A stretch of DNA of 64,000 nucleotides from an uncultured Actinomycetes bacterium (lineage in GTDB: Bacteria; Actinomycetota; Thermoleophilia; UBA2241). Made by a program: the position numbers and the translations under genes. The stretch spans positions 64,001 to 128,000 of the forward strand of contig CAVWIH010000011.1 in NCBI GenBank assembly GCA_963755025.1, written 5' to 3'. Positions 20,461 through 31,459 of the stretch are shown here, in pieces; positions within the stretch are counted from its first letter, which is position 1, and each line of letters begins with the position of its first letter. The notes beneath the pieces were generated by a model. The model worked only from the letters and a program-made list of their open reading frames with translations. It made no database searches and had not been told where the DNA came from.

Positions 20461-21784
20461 CTACGACAGCTCGGCCAGGCGCAGCCGCTCGGTCGTGCTG
20501 CCCGCCTCGACCACCATGCTGCGGTGCGACACCATGAGCAGCAGCGCGACGAGCACGAGGTTGGCGGTGAGCGAGCTGCCGCCGTAGCTCACGAAGGGCA
20601 GCGTGATGCCGGTCAGCGGAATGAGGCGCGTGACGCCGCCCACGATGATGAAGCTCTGCAGGCCGAACACGGTGGCCAGGCCGGCCGCCAGCAGCTTGGA
20701 GAAGCCGTCGGTGGCGTGCAGCGCTATGTGGTAGCCGCGCCACGTGAAGAGCAGGTAGAGCAGGATGAGGCCGATGCCGCCCACCAGGCCGAGCTCGTTG
20801 GCCACCGCGCTGAAGATGAAGTCGGTCTGCAGCTCGGGCACGGTCGGGCACGTGGTTGGCGTACAGCAGGTAACCGCGGCCGAAGCCGGCCCCCACGAGG
20901 CCGCCGTCGGCGATGGCGAACAGCGACTGCAGGAGCTGATAGCCGCTGGTCGCGGCCGTGTGCCAGGGGTCGAGCCATATGGCGAAGCGTTCGTGCACGT
21001 GTGAGACGTACTGGTAGGCGCCGCCCGCCCCCACGGCGAACAGCACGGCGCCGGCGACCACGTAGGCGACCCTCGTGGTGGCCACGTAGAGCATGGCGAT
21101 GAAGGTCGCCATGAACAGCAGCGACATGCCGAAGTCCTTCATGAAGACCAGCATGAACAGCGACAGCACCCACATGATGAGCAGCGGCCCGAAGTACTTG
21201 AGGGCCGGCACCGGCACGCCGGCAAGGCGCGCGGTGGGCACCGACAGCATCTCCTTGTTCTGGTTCAGGTAGCCGGCCAGAAAGATGACGATGGCGATCT
21301 TGGCGAACTCCGACGGCTGGATCGAAAAGCCCGCGACGCGCACCCACAGGCGGGCGCCGTTGACGCTCGTGCCGGCCACGATGGTGACGGCCAGCAGGGC
21401 CAGGCCGACCGCGCCGATGACGTAGCGGTAGAGGTCGAGGCGGTGGACGTCGCGCACCACGAGCACGGTGGCCACAAAGAGCGCCACGCCGATCAGCAGC
21501 CACTCGCCCTGCTTCAGCGCGAGGGCGGGCGAGATGCGGTAGATCTCGGTGAGGCCGATGGCCGACAGCAGCGCCGCGATGGGCACGAGGTAGGGGTCGG
21601 CCTGCGCCAGGTAGCGGCGCTCGGCGACGTGGATCACGAGAAAAAGCACCAGGAAGATGACGCCGGTGACCACCGAGTCGCGGCGCAAGTCGTGAAAGCG
21701 CGCCGCGTAGACCGAGGCATAGGCGACGGTCGCCGCCACGCCGACCAGCGCCAGCAGCGCCAGCTCGGCGTTGCGCCTGCTCAA
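20461..21784 (-). CDS. rodA: SEDS family FtsW/RodA protein (frameshift near 20845)
   Basis: IQPSEFAK, PELQTDFIFS and TGITLPFVSYGGSS motifs. Confidence 0.92.
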
Positions 21785-23130
21785 GGCACGGCCTGCGCCT
21801 GACGCGCCAGCGCCAGCGCCGCCGCCTTGCGATGCAGGTCGTGCCGTTCGACCCGGGCGCGCACGCCGGGCGCCACCGCGACGAGCGGCATGGTGGTCTG
21901 CAGGTAGAGGCCGTTCAGGCGGATGCCGGCGACGCTCACGGGCAGGCCGCGATACACGCTGACCATGCCGTCGTGCTCGCCCACGAAGTAGACGTCGCTG
22001 GCGACCGCGCCGGCGGCGACGCAGAACAGGAGTAGCACGGCCACTGCGGCGGCGAGCCACAGGCGGCGCCGTCGGCGGCGCGGCGCGGGCGGAGCGCCGG
22101 CGGCGACGTCGTCGCCCGCGGCACCATCACCCGTGGCCGCGACGTCGGTTTCGGCGTCGTCACGCGTGGCGGCGACGTCGGATTCGGCGGCGTCTTCGGC
22201 GCCGCCGTCACCGGTGGCGCCGCCATCGTCGCCGTCGTCGGCGCCGCCCGCGCCCTCGTCGGCGTATCCGGGCGCGCCCGCGCCCTCGGCGTCGCCCGCC
22301 TCGGGGGAGAGATCGAGATCGCCTGTGGTCTCGTCGTCGAGCGCCGGCAGCGCCACGGTGGCGGCTTCGGCGCCGGCCACGGGCAGCGCCGCGGTGGCCG
22401 CCTCGGCGGCCGGCACGGCGTCGTCGGCCGCCTGGTCGAGGCGCAGCACGATGACGGTGATGTTGTCGTGGCCGCCCTCGTTCTTGGCTTCGCGAACAAG
22501 GCGGCGCGCCGCGCGCAGCGGGTCGTCGACGGCGGCGAGCACGGCGGCGATGGTGAGCTCGGGGACCATGGAGTACAGACCGTCGCTGCACAGCAGCAGG
22601 CCGTCGCCGGCGCGCAGCTCGACCTCGCCGCCGTCGACCTCGACGAGCGGTTCGGTGCCGAGCGCGCGGCTCAGGATGCTGCGCTGCGGGTGCGACAGGG
22701 CGGCCTCGCGGGTGAGGTGGCCCTCGCGCACCATCTCGCCGACCAGCGAGTGGTCGTCGGTGACCTGCTCGAGGGTCTCGTCGCGCCACAGGTAAAGGCG
22801 GCTGTCGCCGACGTGGGCGAACTCGAGGCGGTCGTCGTTGAGCAGGGCGGCGGTGAGGGTGGTGCCCATGCCGGCGCGCGCCCGGTCGGAGCGCGATTCG
22901 CGGTAGACGCGTTCGTTGGCGACCTGCGCGGCGTGGGCCAGCGTGGCGCCGTCGGCGAGGTCGGCGGCCAGCGCGTCGAGCGCCAGGTGCGAGGCGATCT
23001 CGCCGGCCTGGGCGCCGCCCATGCCGTCGGCCACGGCCACCAGGGGCAGCTCGTCGACGAAGGCGTCTTCGTTGCCCGACCTGTGAAGACCGATGTCGGT
23101 CAGCGCCGCGTGGCGGACGACGAGGGTCAC
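21781..23130 (-). CDS. pstP: PP2C Ser/Thr phosphatase, membrane-anchored
   Basis: NED, VADGMGG, GMGTT, HVGDSR, LLCSDGL and GGHDNIT motifs. Confidence 0.94.
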   Translation of the reverse strand: MTLVVRHAALTDIGLHRSGNEDAFVDELPLVAVADGMGGAQAGEIASHLALDALAADLADGATLAHAAQVANERVYRESRSDRARAGMGTTLTAALLNDDRLEFAHVGDSRLYLWRDETLEQVTDDHSLVGEMVREGHLTREAALSHPQRSILSRALGTEPLVEVDGGEVELRAGDGLLLCSDGLYSMVPELTIAAVLAAVDDPLRAARRLVREAKNEGGHDNITVIVLRLDQAADDAVPAAEAATAALPVAGAEAATVALPALDDETTGDLDLSPEAGDAEGAGAPGYADEGAGGADDGDDGGATGDGGAEDAAESDVAATRDDAETDVAATGDGAAGDDVAAGAPPAPRRRRRRLWLAAAVAVLLLFCVAAGAVASDVYFVGEHDGMVSVYRGLPVSVAGIRLNGLYLQTTMPLVAVAPGVRARVERHDLHRKAAALALARQAQAVP

Positions 23131-23137
23131 GCTACGG

Positions 23138-23719
23138 TCACTCCTCGTAGCGGAAGATCGTCTCGCCGATACGCACTTCGGTGTCGAGCATGAGCTGTGC
23201 CTCGACCACCTCGCGGCCGTTGACGAAGGTGCCGTTGGTGCTGCCCAGGTCTTCGACGAAGTGCAACTGGCCGCGCGGCACGACGCGGGCGTGCGTCTGG
23301 CTGACGAAGGGGTCGTCGAGCACCAGGTCGCTCGACGGCGAGCGCCCGATCATGATCCAGCCCTCGAGCCTGACGGTGGTGCCGACGGCCAGCACGGGGC
23401 TCGACTCGACCACGAGGCGGGGGTCGATGTGCGCCATGAGGTCGAGCGACTCGCCGGGCATGGTGCGCTCGGTCTGGCGCTGCTCGCGACGCTGGCGGCG
23501 CTCGGAGGGCGTGGCCACGGGCACGGCCGGCTCGATCGCCGTGAGCGACGCGGGTGACGGCCCCGGTCCGGGCGTGGGCGCGCGAGGCGGCGGCGCCTGG
23601 CGCGCCTCGCCGCCGCCCGAGCGCACGTCGCGCACGGTGCGGCGCACCACGAAGAAGACGAACAGGAACAGCAGGACGAGAAAGACGATCTTGAGGATGA
23701 AGAGCACGGTGTCTAGCAT
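23138..23719 (-). CDS. fhaB: FHA-domain protein with N-terminal TM
   Basis: IGRS, VSQTHA and DLGSTNGT FHA motifs. Confidence 0.88.
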   Translation of the reverse strand: MLDTVLFILKIVFLVLLFLFVFFVVRRTVRDVRSGGGEARQAPPPRAPTPGPGPSPASLTAIEPAVPVATPSERRQRREQRQTERTMPGESLDLMAHIDPRLVVESSPVLAVGTTVRLEGWIMIGRSPSSDLVLDDPFVSQTHARVVPRGQLHFVEDLGSTNGTFVNGREVVEAQLMLDTEVRIGETIFRYEE

Positions 23720-24516
23720 GGCCTGGTCTCGAAGCTCAGGCTGGTGGTGCCGAGTTGCAGCCGGTCGCCATCGGCGAGCGCGACGCGTTTCACCTCCCGG
23801 CCATTGACGAGGATGCCGTTGGTCGACTCGAGGTCGACCACGACGTAACCGTCGGCCTCGCGGCGCACTTCGGCGTGGCGCCGCGACACGTTGGGGTCGT
23901 TGATGACGACGTCGCACTGGCGGCTGCGGCCCAGCACGGTGGCCGGGCCGTCGAGGCGGTAGACGCGCTCGCCGCGCACCAGCACGGCGCACAGGCGCTG
24001 CCCGGGCGCGACCGGCGCGGCCGCCGCGACGCCGGCGGCCGGCGGCTGAAAGACGATGGTCTGCGACAGGTTGGAGGGCGGCGCGGCCGGCGTGACGACC
24101 AGGCCGGTGGGCGGCGGCGTGACGGCCACGCCCGGCTCGGGAGCGCCCTGCGCGCCCATGTGGGCGGCGATGCCGAACTCGCCCAGGGCGAGGTCGTCGT
24201 CGGAGTGCAGCGATATGCGCGGCGTCGCGACGAGGGTCCAGCTCTCGCGGTTGGCGTAGGCCACGAGGTAGCTCGCCAGGTCTTCGACCAGCGGGCCCTC
24301 GAACGAGCTCAACTGCTCGTAGTCGGCCGGCGACAGGTAGACCTCGTACTCGCTGGGCACGTAGACGCGCGAGACGCTGACCGTCTTGTGGTCGCTCATC
24401 TCCTTGGCCAGCTTGTGCGCCAGCTCGACCGGCTGCACGCTCGACTTGAAGGCGCGGCCGAACATGCCCTCGACCATCTTCTCCATGTGCTTCTCGATCG
24501 ACTTGAGTACGTTCAA
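23713..24516 (-). CDS. fhaA: DUF3662 + FHA domain protein
   Basis: F.RAFKSSVQPVELA N-domain; LGRS, VSRRHA and STNG FHA motifs. Confidence 0.9.
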   Translation of the reverse strand: MNVLKSIEKHMEKMVEGMFGRAFKSSVQPVELAHKLAKEMSDHKTVSVSRVYVPSEYEVYLSPADYEQLSSFEGPLVEDLASYLVAYANRESWTLVATPRISLHSDDDLALGEFGIAAHMGAQGAPEPGVAVTPPPTGLVVTPAAPPSNLSQTIVFQPPAAGVAAAAPVAPGQRLCAVLVRGERVYRLDGPATVLGRSRQCDVVINDPNVSRRHAEVRREADGYVVVDLESTNGILVNGREVKRVALADGDRLQLGTTSLSFETRPC

Positions 24517-24580
24517 GCGACGGCTCCCCGCGACGTGTCGGCCCGTGTCAGGCTGCGACTGAAAAGCCTACCACAGGCTC

Positions 24581-26351
24581 TCAAGCTTGATCCCAGATAG
24601 GGTCGCCCTCGGGCACCGGTTCGCGGCGCTCGCCGGGGGTGACGGCGGCCAGCACCAGGCCGCTGGCCACGGCCGCGACCACGACGTTGGCGAGCAGCTC
24701 GTGCGAGGCCACCGGCAGCCGCCAGACCGTGACCGGTACGATCCAGCCCAGCAGGTAGAAGACGCTGAAGGCGAGCGACCACAGCCAGAGGCGCGCTTCG
24801 AGGCGCGGCAGGCGCAGGGCCACGGCCAGGGCCAGCGCCAGTCCGGCCCAGAGCGCCACCTGCAGCACGCAGGGCCAGGTGAGCAGCGCGCGGGCGGCGG
24901 CCACCAGCAGGGCGACCGGGTTGCCCTCGGTGCTCAGGCGCGCGGCCAGGAGCGTGGGCGCCTGGTAGCCGGCAAAGGCGGAGCGCGTGGCGGCGGAGAG
25001 GTCGACGACGAAGAAGGTGACGACCGCCGTCCAGGCGGCGGCCAGCGGGCCGCGGCGGCGGCCCAGGGCGGCCGCCGCGCAGACGGCCAGCAACACGCCC
25101 GAGACCGGCACCAGCACGATGGCCAGCACGGGCCACACGGCGAGCAGCGGACGGCGGCGGAACACGACGAAGCCGACCATGGCGACCGGCAGGTAGACGA
25201 AGCCGGCCGACATGGACACGTTGAACAGGGGGAAGGCGGCCAGGCCCAGCCACAGGGCAAGCCCGACGCGGGGCACGACGAACCAGAGCGCCGCCACCAC
25301 CACGGCCGCGGGCAGCGTCCAGTTCTGCGGGTAGGCCGGCAGGTGGGCGAGCAGGCCGGCCATGCCCACGCCGGCGAGCGTCGCGCCGAGACCGCGCTCG
25401 GCCACCACGCGCAGCCGGCCCAGGGGCGCCAGCAGGCGCCGCGGGCGCAGCCGCCGGCCGCCGTCGAGGCGGCCGGACAGCGCCCGCAGCGCCTCGCCCA
25501 TCTCGTCGGCGGCAGGCCGCGCCGCGGCGTTCGTGGCGCAGGCGGCGGCCACCACGTCGGACAGCTCGCGGGGCAGGTCAGGGCGCAGCGTCTCGAGGGG
25601 CGCGATGCGCCCGGCGAGGATGTTGCCGACGGTCTCGCCGGCGGTCGCGCCGCGCACCGGGTTGCGGCCGGCGAGCAGCTCGTAGAGCAGCACGCCGGCG
25701 GAGTAGACGTCGGTCGGCGAGGCTGACGCGCCGGCCGGCGGCCTGCTCGGGCGACATGTAGGCGACGGTGCCCAGCATCTCGCCCTCGGCGGTCATGGTG
25801 TCGGCGTCGGCCAGGTGGGCGATGCCGAAGTCCATGACCTTCACGACCCCGCGGCCGTCGACCATGACGTTCTGCGGCTTGACGTCGCGGTGCACGATGC
25901 CCCGGCTGTGGGCGTAGGCGAGCGCGTCGCAGAGCTGGCCGGCGGCGGCCACCGCCTCGTCGTCGCGCGAGCTCGCCGGCGAGCTCGGCGAGCGACTCGC
26001 CGCGCACGAGCTCCCAGACGAGAAAGCTGCGCCGGCCGTCGGAGAAGAAGTCGAGCAGGGCGACGATGCCGGGGTGGTCGAGGGCGCGCGCGGCTTCGAC
26101 CTCGCGCACCACGCGGCCGGCGACGGCGCCGCGCTCGTCGACGACCTTGAGGGCGACGTCGGCGCCGGTCTCGAGGTCGAAGGCCTCGTAGACGTCGGCC
26201 GAGCCGCCCGAGCCGATCTTGGCGACGATCTCGTAGCGGTCGCGCCAGTCGGTGTAGACGGGCGTGCGGTCATACGATGACGCGGGCACTGGCTGACGAG
26301 CCTCCCAAATCGGGGCTGTTGCGGACGCCGCTTGTCGGCGCCCTGACACAT
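24581..26351 (-). CDS. Ser/Thr protein kinase with multi-TM C-terminus (2 frameshifts)
   Basis: [33 protein letters not shown] and LLYELLAG in successive frames, then about 8 TM segments. Confidence 0.85.
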
Positions 26352-26394
26352 CTATTCGCTATGGTATAGTCTTCACCCTGTTCGGGGTCCTTGA

Positions 26395-26481
26395 GGGCGA
26401 GTGGTGAAACTGGCAGACACGCTAGGTTCAGGACCTAGTGCTCGAAAGAGCTTGCGGGTTCAAATCCCGCCTCGCCCACCA
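26395..26481 (+). tRNA. tRNA-Leu(CAG)
   Basis: GGGCGAGTGGTGAAACTGGCAGACACGCTAGGTTCAGGACCTAG...GGGTTCAAATCCCGCCTCGCCCACCA; long variable arm. Confidence 0.97.
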
Positions 26482-26504
26482 TCTCTTCGGCCGGGGAGAA
26501 ACCA

Positions 26505-27602
26505 GTGTCGTTCTTCGACGATGACGCAGAGGTAACTCAGGTCACGACGCCTGCCCCGCGCTCGCGCCGCAAACGCAACCGTTCGCGTCTTCGCATTCAG
26601 CGCCTGGTCATCGCCCTGGTCGCCCTCTTCGTTCTGGTCTTCGTGCTGGCCCTCGTCATTCGTTCGTGCCAGCAGAACGCCAAAGAGTCGACCTACCGCT
26701 CGTACTTCGGCCAGGTCGGGCAGGTCGAGAGCGACGCCACCAACAAGGTCGGCAAGCCCATCGCCGCGCTGCTGGCCGACCCCACCAAGTACGGCCGCGC
26801 CCAGCTCGAGAGCGAGCTCAACAAGCTGGTCGCCACGCAGAACGAGATCACCACGCGCACCGAGCGCATCAGCGCGCCCGGCAAGCTCAAGACCCTGCAC
26901 CAGATCCTCGTGCAGGGCCAGCAGGTGCGTCTCGCCGGCGTGCAGCAGGTGCGCGCCGGACTGCTCGCCGCCCTCACCGGCAAGGGCCTGCACGCCACGG
27001 CGCGCAAGCTCGCCGCCCTGTCGGGCTACTTCACGGGGCCCGACGTCTACTACAACCAGCTTTACCGCACGCAGGCGCAGAAGGTCGTGACCGACGACGG
27101 CGTCACCAACGTCGCGGTGCCCGAGGTCGGCTACTTCTCCAGCGCCTCGGTCTTCTCGCCGACCGCCCTGAACGCGGCGCTCTCGACCGTGTCGTCGTCG
27201 GCCAAGCTGAGCGGCGTGCACGGTGTGGGCCTGGCCGGCGTGGCCGTCAAGAGCAACGGCACCTCGGTTACCCTGACCGCCGGCTCCAGCACGCACTTCA
27301 CCGCCTCGGTCGGCGTGCTCGTGCTGGTCACGGTGCAGAACCTGGGCACCGTCACCGAAGGCAACGTAGCGGTCAAAGTCACCTGGACGGGGCCCGCCGG
27401 CACCTCGGCGCAGATCCTCACCGCCACAATCCCCTCGATCGCCCCGGGCCACAAGGCGACGGCCAGCGTACCCGGCCTCAACATACCGTCTACGGCCATC
27501 ACCAAGTCGTCGACCCTCAAGGTCGAAGCCGGCCCCGTGCCCGGCGAAAGGGTGCTGTCCAACAATCACGCCACCTTCACGATCGTCCCGGTCCTCAAGT
27601 AA
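26505..27602 (+). CDS. Membrane-anchored protein with C-terminal Ig-like/CARDB-like domain
   Basis: TM at N-terminus; VTVQNLG and GERVLSNN CARDB-like pattern; strong GC3 bias. Confidence 0.7.
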   Translation: MSFFDDDAEVTQVTTPAPRSRRKRNRSRLRIQRLVIALVALFVLVFVLALVIRSCQQNAKESTYRSYFGQVGQVESDATNKVGKPIAALLADPTKYGRAQLESELNKLVATQNEITTRTERISAPGKLKTLHQILVQGQQVRLAGVQQVRAGLLAALTGKGLHATARKLAALSGYFTGPDVYYNQLYRTQAQKVVTDDGVTNVAVPEVGYFSSASVFSPTALNAALSTVSSSAKLSGVHGVGLAGVAVKSNGTSVTLTAGSSTHFTASVGVLVLVTVQNLGTVTEGNVAVKVTWTGPAGTSAQILTATIPSIAPGHKATASVPGLNIPSTAITKSSTLKVEAGPVPGERVLSNNHATFTIVPVLK

Positions 27603-27608
27603 GGACCT

Positions 27609-28367
27609 ATGCAGAGCCTGCGTGACATCGCCCCCTACCTGGCGCTCGGCGCCGCCGTGCTCGGCATCGTCGTGCTGGTGCTCGTCGTGCGCGTCATGGT
27701 GGGCCAGCGCCGCCTGCGCCAGGCGCAGCTCGCGGTGCTTGGCGCCCACGGCGAGCGCGACCTCGTGCTGCACGCCCAGGACCTCGAAGACCAGGTGCGC
27801 AACCTGCGCGAAGCGGTGCGCGGCCTCGACGGCCTGCTGGCCAGCTACAAGCTCGACCTCGACCGCGCCTTCAGCCACCGCGCCATCGTGCGCTACGACG
27901 CCTTCCGCGACATCGGCGGCGAGCAGAGCGCCTCGATCGCGCTGCTCGACAACACCGCCTCGGGGCTCGTCATCAGCATGATCCACTCGCGCGACTACGC
28001 CCGCATCTACGTCAAGCAGCTGCGCCGTTCGGTGCCCGACCGCGCCCTGTCGCCCGAAGAGGTCGCGGTCGTCGAGCAGGCCCTCATAGGCTGGAGCGAA
28101 AAGCCGGCCGCGCTCAACGTGCGCGCCGCCGACGCCATCAAGGCGGCCGGCGCCAACGCACCGGCCCCGAGCGAACGCCCCGCCGAGCCCGCCGCCGGCG
28201 AGCGCGACGCGGCGCCGGGCGAGCGCGACGCGGGGCCGGGTGAGCGCGACGCGGGGCCGGGTGAGCGCCCCGCGAGCCCGGGTGAGCGCCCCGCGAGCCC
28301 GCCGCCGGCCGGCAGAGCGCCGCGCCCCTCCGACGACGACCTCTCCGAACCCTGGGGACCCGCATGA
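27609..28367 (+). CDS. DUF4446 family protein with repetitive tail
   Basis: IVRYDAFRDIGGEQSASIALLD and SRDYARIYVK...LSPEE. Confidence 0.8.
   Translation: MQSLRDIAPYLALGAAVLGIVVLVLVVRVMVGQRRLRQAQLAVLGAHGERDLVLHAQDLEDQVRNLREAVRGLDGLLASYKLDLDRAFSHRAIVRYDAFRDIGGEQSASIALLDNTASGLVISMIHSRDYARIYVKQLRRSVPDRALSPEEVAVVEQALIGWSEKPAALNVRAADAIKAAGANAPAPSERPAEPAAGERDAAPGERDAGPGERDAGPGERPASPGERPASPPPAGRAPRPSDDDLSEPWGPA
28197..28300. repeat. 21-nt coding tandem repeat (GERDAAP/GERDAGP/GERPASP x5)
   Basis: GG(C/T)GAGCGC(GAC/CCC)GCG... units in frame. Confidence 0.8.
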
Positions 28368-29230
28368 CCGACGCCGTTTCGCAGCCCATCGCCTTTCTGG
28401 GGCCCGAGGGCACCTTCAGCGAAGAGGCGCTGCTGGGCAACATGCCCGCCGGCGCCTACCACCCGTTCCCCTACCCCTCCATCCGCGAGGTGCTCCTGGC
28501 GGTGCAGGCGGGCGACGCGCCGCTGGGCATCGTGCCCATCGAGAACTCCATCGAGGGCTCGGTCGTGGTCACCCTCGACAGCCTGGCCTTCGGCTTCGAC
28601 GACCTGCGCATCGCGCGCGAGGTCACCTGGCAGGTGCACCAGCAGCTGATCGCCCGGCACCCCGTCGACTTCGCCCGGGTCACCAAGATCGTCAGCATCC
28701 CGCACGCCTACGGCCAGTGTCGCGAGTTCATTCGCGAGCACTTGGACGGCGTCGAGCACGAGCCCACCGACTCGACCGCCGAAGCCGTGCGCCGCGTGAG
28801 CCGCGTCGAGCGCCCCTGGGTGGCCATCGGCACCCGCCTGGCGGCCGAGATGTACGAGTGCGTGGTGGTCGCCCCCGACGTCGACGACGCCCCCGACAAC
28901 CGCACGCGCTTCGTGTTCGTGAGCCGCGACGAAGCGCCGCAGGGCGCGCCCGTCGAGGGCCCCGGCGTCGACACCACCTTCAAGACGAGCATCGTCTGCG
29001 GCATCTCCCAGGACCAGCCGGGCAGCCTGCTCATGATCCTCTCCGAGTTCGCCTACCGCTACGTCAACCTGACGAAGGTCGAATCGCGCCCCTCCAAGCA
29101 GGGCCTCGGCGACTACATCTTCTTCATCGACATGGTGGGCCGGGCGACCGACCCGCCCATCGCACAAGCGCTCTCGTGCCTGGGCTGCAAACTCACCTGG
29201 CTTAAGGTCCTGGGCTCCTACCCAAGCTAA
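28364..29230 (+). CDS. pheA: Prephenate dehydratase
   Basis: FLGPEGTFSEEA, PIENSIEGSV, NRTRF and ACT-domain NLTKVESRP. Confidence 0.95.
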   Translation: MTDAVSQPIAFLGPEGTFSEEALLGNMPAGAYHPFPYPSIREVLLAVQAGDAPLGIVPIENSIEGSVVVTLDSLAFGFDDLRIAREVTWQVHQQLIARHPVDFARVTKIVSIPHAYGQCREFIREHLDGVEHEPTDSTAEAVRRVSRVERPWVAIGTRLAAEMYECVVVAPDVDDAPDNRTRFVFVSRDEAPQGAPVEGPGVDTTFKTSIVCGISQDQPGSLLMILSEFAYRYVNLTKVESRPSKQGLGDYIFFIDMVGRATDPPIAQALSCLGCKLTWLKVLGSYPS

Positions 29231-29246
29231 CCGCGGGGCCCTCGCC

Positions 29247-30308
29247 TTGGCCCGCCTGAACCCGTTTCGCCGCCACATGCTCATCTTGCGCTTCGACGCG
29301 GGCAGCCTGCTCGAGGCGTTCCTCGTGTCGGCGGTCACCGCCCTGCTCGTGGTGCGCTTCGCGCTCGTCGTGGCCGGCTACCCGACCCTCGGCGGCGGCC
29401 ACCTGCACATCGCCCACATGCTGTGGGGCGGCCTCGCCATGATGGCCGCCGTCGTCATGCTGCTCGTGTCGGTCAGCCGCCTGTCGGCCGAGCTCGCCGC
29501 GGTGCTCGGCGGCGCCGGCTTCGGCGTTTTCATCGACGAGCTCGGCAAGGTCATCAGCCGCGACAACGACTACTTCTTCAGGCCCACCGTGGCCCTCATC
29601 TACGTCATCTTCATCGTGCTCGTGCTCGTCTTTCGGCGCCTGGCGCGCACCACGCCGCGCTCGCCGGCGGCCAACCTGGCCAACGCCCTCGAGCTCACCA
29701 AAGAGGCCGTCATCCGCGACTTCGACGCCGAAGACAAGCGTCACGCGCTGGCCCTGCTCGCGCGCTGCGACCCGGCCGACCCGCTGGTGGTCGCGCTCAC
29801 CGCCGCCCTTGAGCGCATAGAGCCGGCGCCGCCGACCGCGCCCCACTGGGTCGTGCAACTGCGCCGCTGGGGCGACCAGAGCTACCGCCGCCTGGTGCGC
29901 CGGGTCTGGTTCGGACGCCTCGTGGTGGCCGCCTTCGTGGCGGCCTCGCTGGTGACCTTCGTGCAGGCCATCCGTCGCCTGATCGAGCTCGCCGAAACGC
30001 CCGACGCCAGCCTCGACAGCGCCACGCGCAACACCCTGCAGCTCGCCCGCGCGGGCTCGCTCGTGGCGTCGCTCACGGTCGGCGTGCTGGTCGTGGTGGG
30101 CATCGCCGTGTTGCGCCGCTCGCGGCTCGACGCCTACCGCTGGTTCCTGCGGGCGACGCTCGTGTCGATCTTTCTGAGCCAGGTCTTCGCCTTCTACCTG
30201 GCCCAGCTCGAGGCGCTCATCGGACTGGCCGTCAGCGTACTGTTCTGGGTCACTCTGCGGTATACAATCCATGAAGAAGAGGACATGATCGCCGAGCCCA
30301 GTCCCTAG
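29247..30308 (+). CDS. Hypothetical integral membrane protein
   Basis: HLHIAHMLWGG and GFGVFIDELGK; multiple TM segments; coding bias. Confidence 0.7.
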   Translation: MARLNPFRRHMLILRFDAGSLLEAFLVSAVTALLVVRFALVVAGYPTLGGGHLHIAHMLWGGLAMMAAVVMLLVSVSRLSAELAAVLGGAGFGVFIDELGKVISRDNDYFFRPTVALIYVIFIVLVLVFRRLARTTPRSPAANLANALELTKEAVIRDFDAEDKRHALALLARCDPADPLVVALTAALERIEPAPPTAPHWVVQLRRWGDQSYRRLVRRVWFGRLVVAAFVAASLVTFVQAIRRLIELAETPDASLDSATRNTLQLARAGSLVASLTVGVLVVVGIAVLRRSRLDAYRWFLRATLVSIFLSQVFAFYLAQLEALIGLAVSVLFWVTLRYTIHEEEDMIAEPSP

Positions 30309-30357
30309 CGATTTCGGATGTGCCTGAGACTACTCAGATGAGCGCCGGAGGGTCGAC

Positions 30358-30819
30358 ATGACACGGGTGAAGGTCGAGATCCGCACCATGCGCAGCGGCG
30401 ACGAGAGCATGCTGCTCTACCTGGCCGAAGAGACGCTCCACCCCCTGGCCGCCGGCGCCGGCCACCCCGAGCGCTACGACCCCGGCGAGCTGCTCGCCCT
30501 GTTCGGCGAAGCCTCGGTGTTCGTCGCCGAGTCGGGCGGCGAGATCGCCGGCTACGTCGCCGTCGAGCGCGCCGCCGAGGCCCTCGAGGTGCGCTGCCTG
30601 TGCGTGAGCCCCGCCTTCGAAGCCCAGGCGGTGGCCCACCAGCTCGTCGACTGGGTCGAGGGCGTGGCCTTCTCGCAACAGGTGGGCCGGCTGCGCGCCC
30701 TGGTGCCGGCCAGCGACGAGCGCTCGCAGCGCCTGTATCGCGGCCACGAGTTCGTGCCCTTGCCGCTGCTCGAAGAGCCCGAGACGATCGTGCTCGAAAA
30801 GCGCCTGCGGGCCGACTGA
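30358..30819 (+). CDS. GNAT family acetyltransferase
   Basis: VFVAESGGEIAGY and LCVSPAFEAQAVAHQL GNAT-like pattern. Confidence 0.75.
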   Translation: MTRVKVEIRTMRSGDESMLLYLAEETLHPLAAGAGHPERYDPGELLALFGEASVFVAESGGEIAGYVAVERAAEALEVRCLCVSPAFEAQAVAHQLVDWVEGVAFSQQVGRLRALVPASDERSQRLYRGHEFVPLPLLEEPETIVLEKRLRAD

Positions 30820-30889
30820 AGGTCGCAACCGCCCGTCGGGGCGACCCGCCAGGCACACGACCTGCCAAGCACACGCACAAGGGGGGACC

Positions 30890-31414
30890 ATGGCCTTGCC
30901 GTTCGGGGTGCGTCAAAAGCCGGCGCTCGTCGAGATGCCCGCGCAGAAGATGGCCGTGGTGCGCTCGCTGGGCGACCCCAGCGCCGTCGCCGAGCAGGTC
31001 TTCCCCGCTCTCTACGGCGCCGTCTTCACGCTCAAGTTCAAGGTGCTCAAGCCGCGCGGCGTGGAGTTCAAGGTGAGCCCGCCGCGAGCGCGCTGGCCGC
31101 AGCTCTACGAGCTGCCGCGCGAGGAGTGGACGGGCATCTGGGGCATCCCCGTGCCCGACGACACCGACGAGCTCCCCCAGACCGTGCCCGACGTGCCGGT
31201 CACCATGGAGACCTGGGAGTACGGCACGACGGCCCACATCCTGCACCTGGGGCCCTACGCCGACGAGGCGCCCACCGTCGCCCGGCTGCAGGAGTTCATC
31301 GCCGCGAGCGGCTACGAGATCGCCGGCGTGCACGAAGAGGAGTACCTCTCGCGTCCCGAGGCCAAGCAGATGAAGACCATCATCCGCTACCCGGTGAGGC
31401 CACTCGATGCCTGA
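30890..31414 (+). CDS. GyrI-like small-molecule-binding protein
   Basis: HLGPYADEAPTV, HEEEYLS and KTIIRYPV. Confidence 0.85.
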   Translation: MALPFGVRQKPALVEMPAQKMAVVRSLGDPSAVAEQVFPALYGAVFTLKFKVLKPRGVEFKVSPPRARWPQLYELPREEWTGIWGIPVPDDTDELPQTVPDVPVTMETWEYGTTAHILHLGPYADEAPTVARLQEFIAASGYEIAGVHEEEYLSRPEAKQMKTIIRYPVRPLDA

Positions 31415-31459
31415 GGCCGGGCGCGGCGGCGCGCCGCGCGGCCGCCCCGGATGCCGCCC

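Noticed and set aside
3432-26351. Frameshifts in holB, topA, rodA, ricT and a kinase as pseudogenes or programmed frameshifting
   Set aside because: They are scattered single-base indels in essential genes without slippery sites, best explained by long-read consensus errors.
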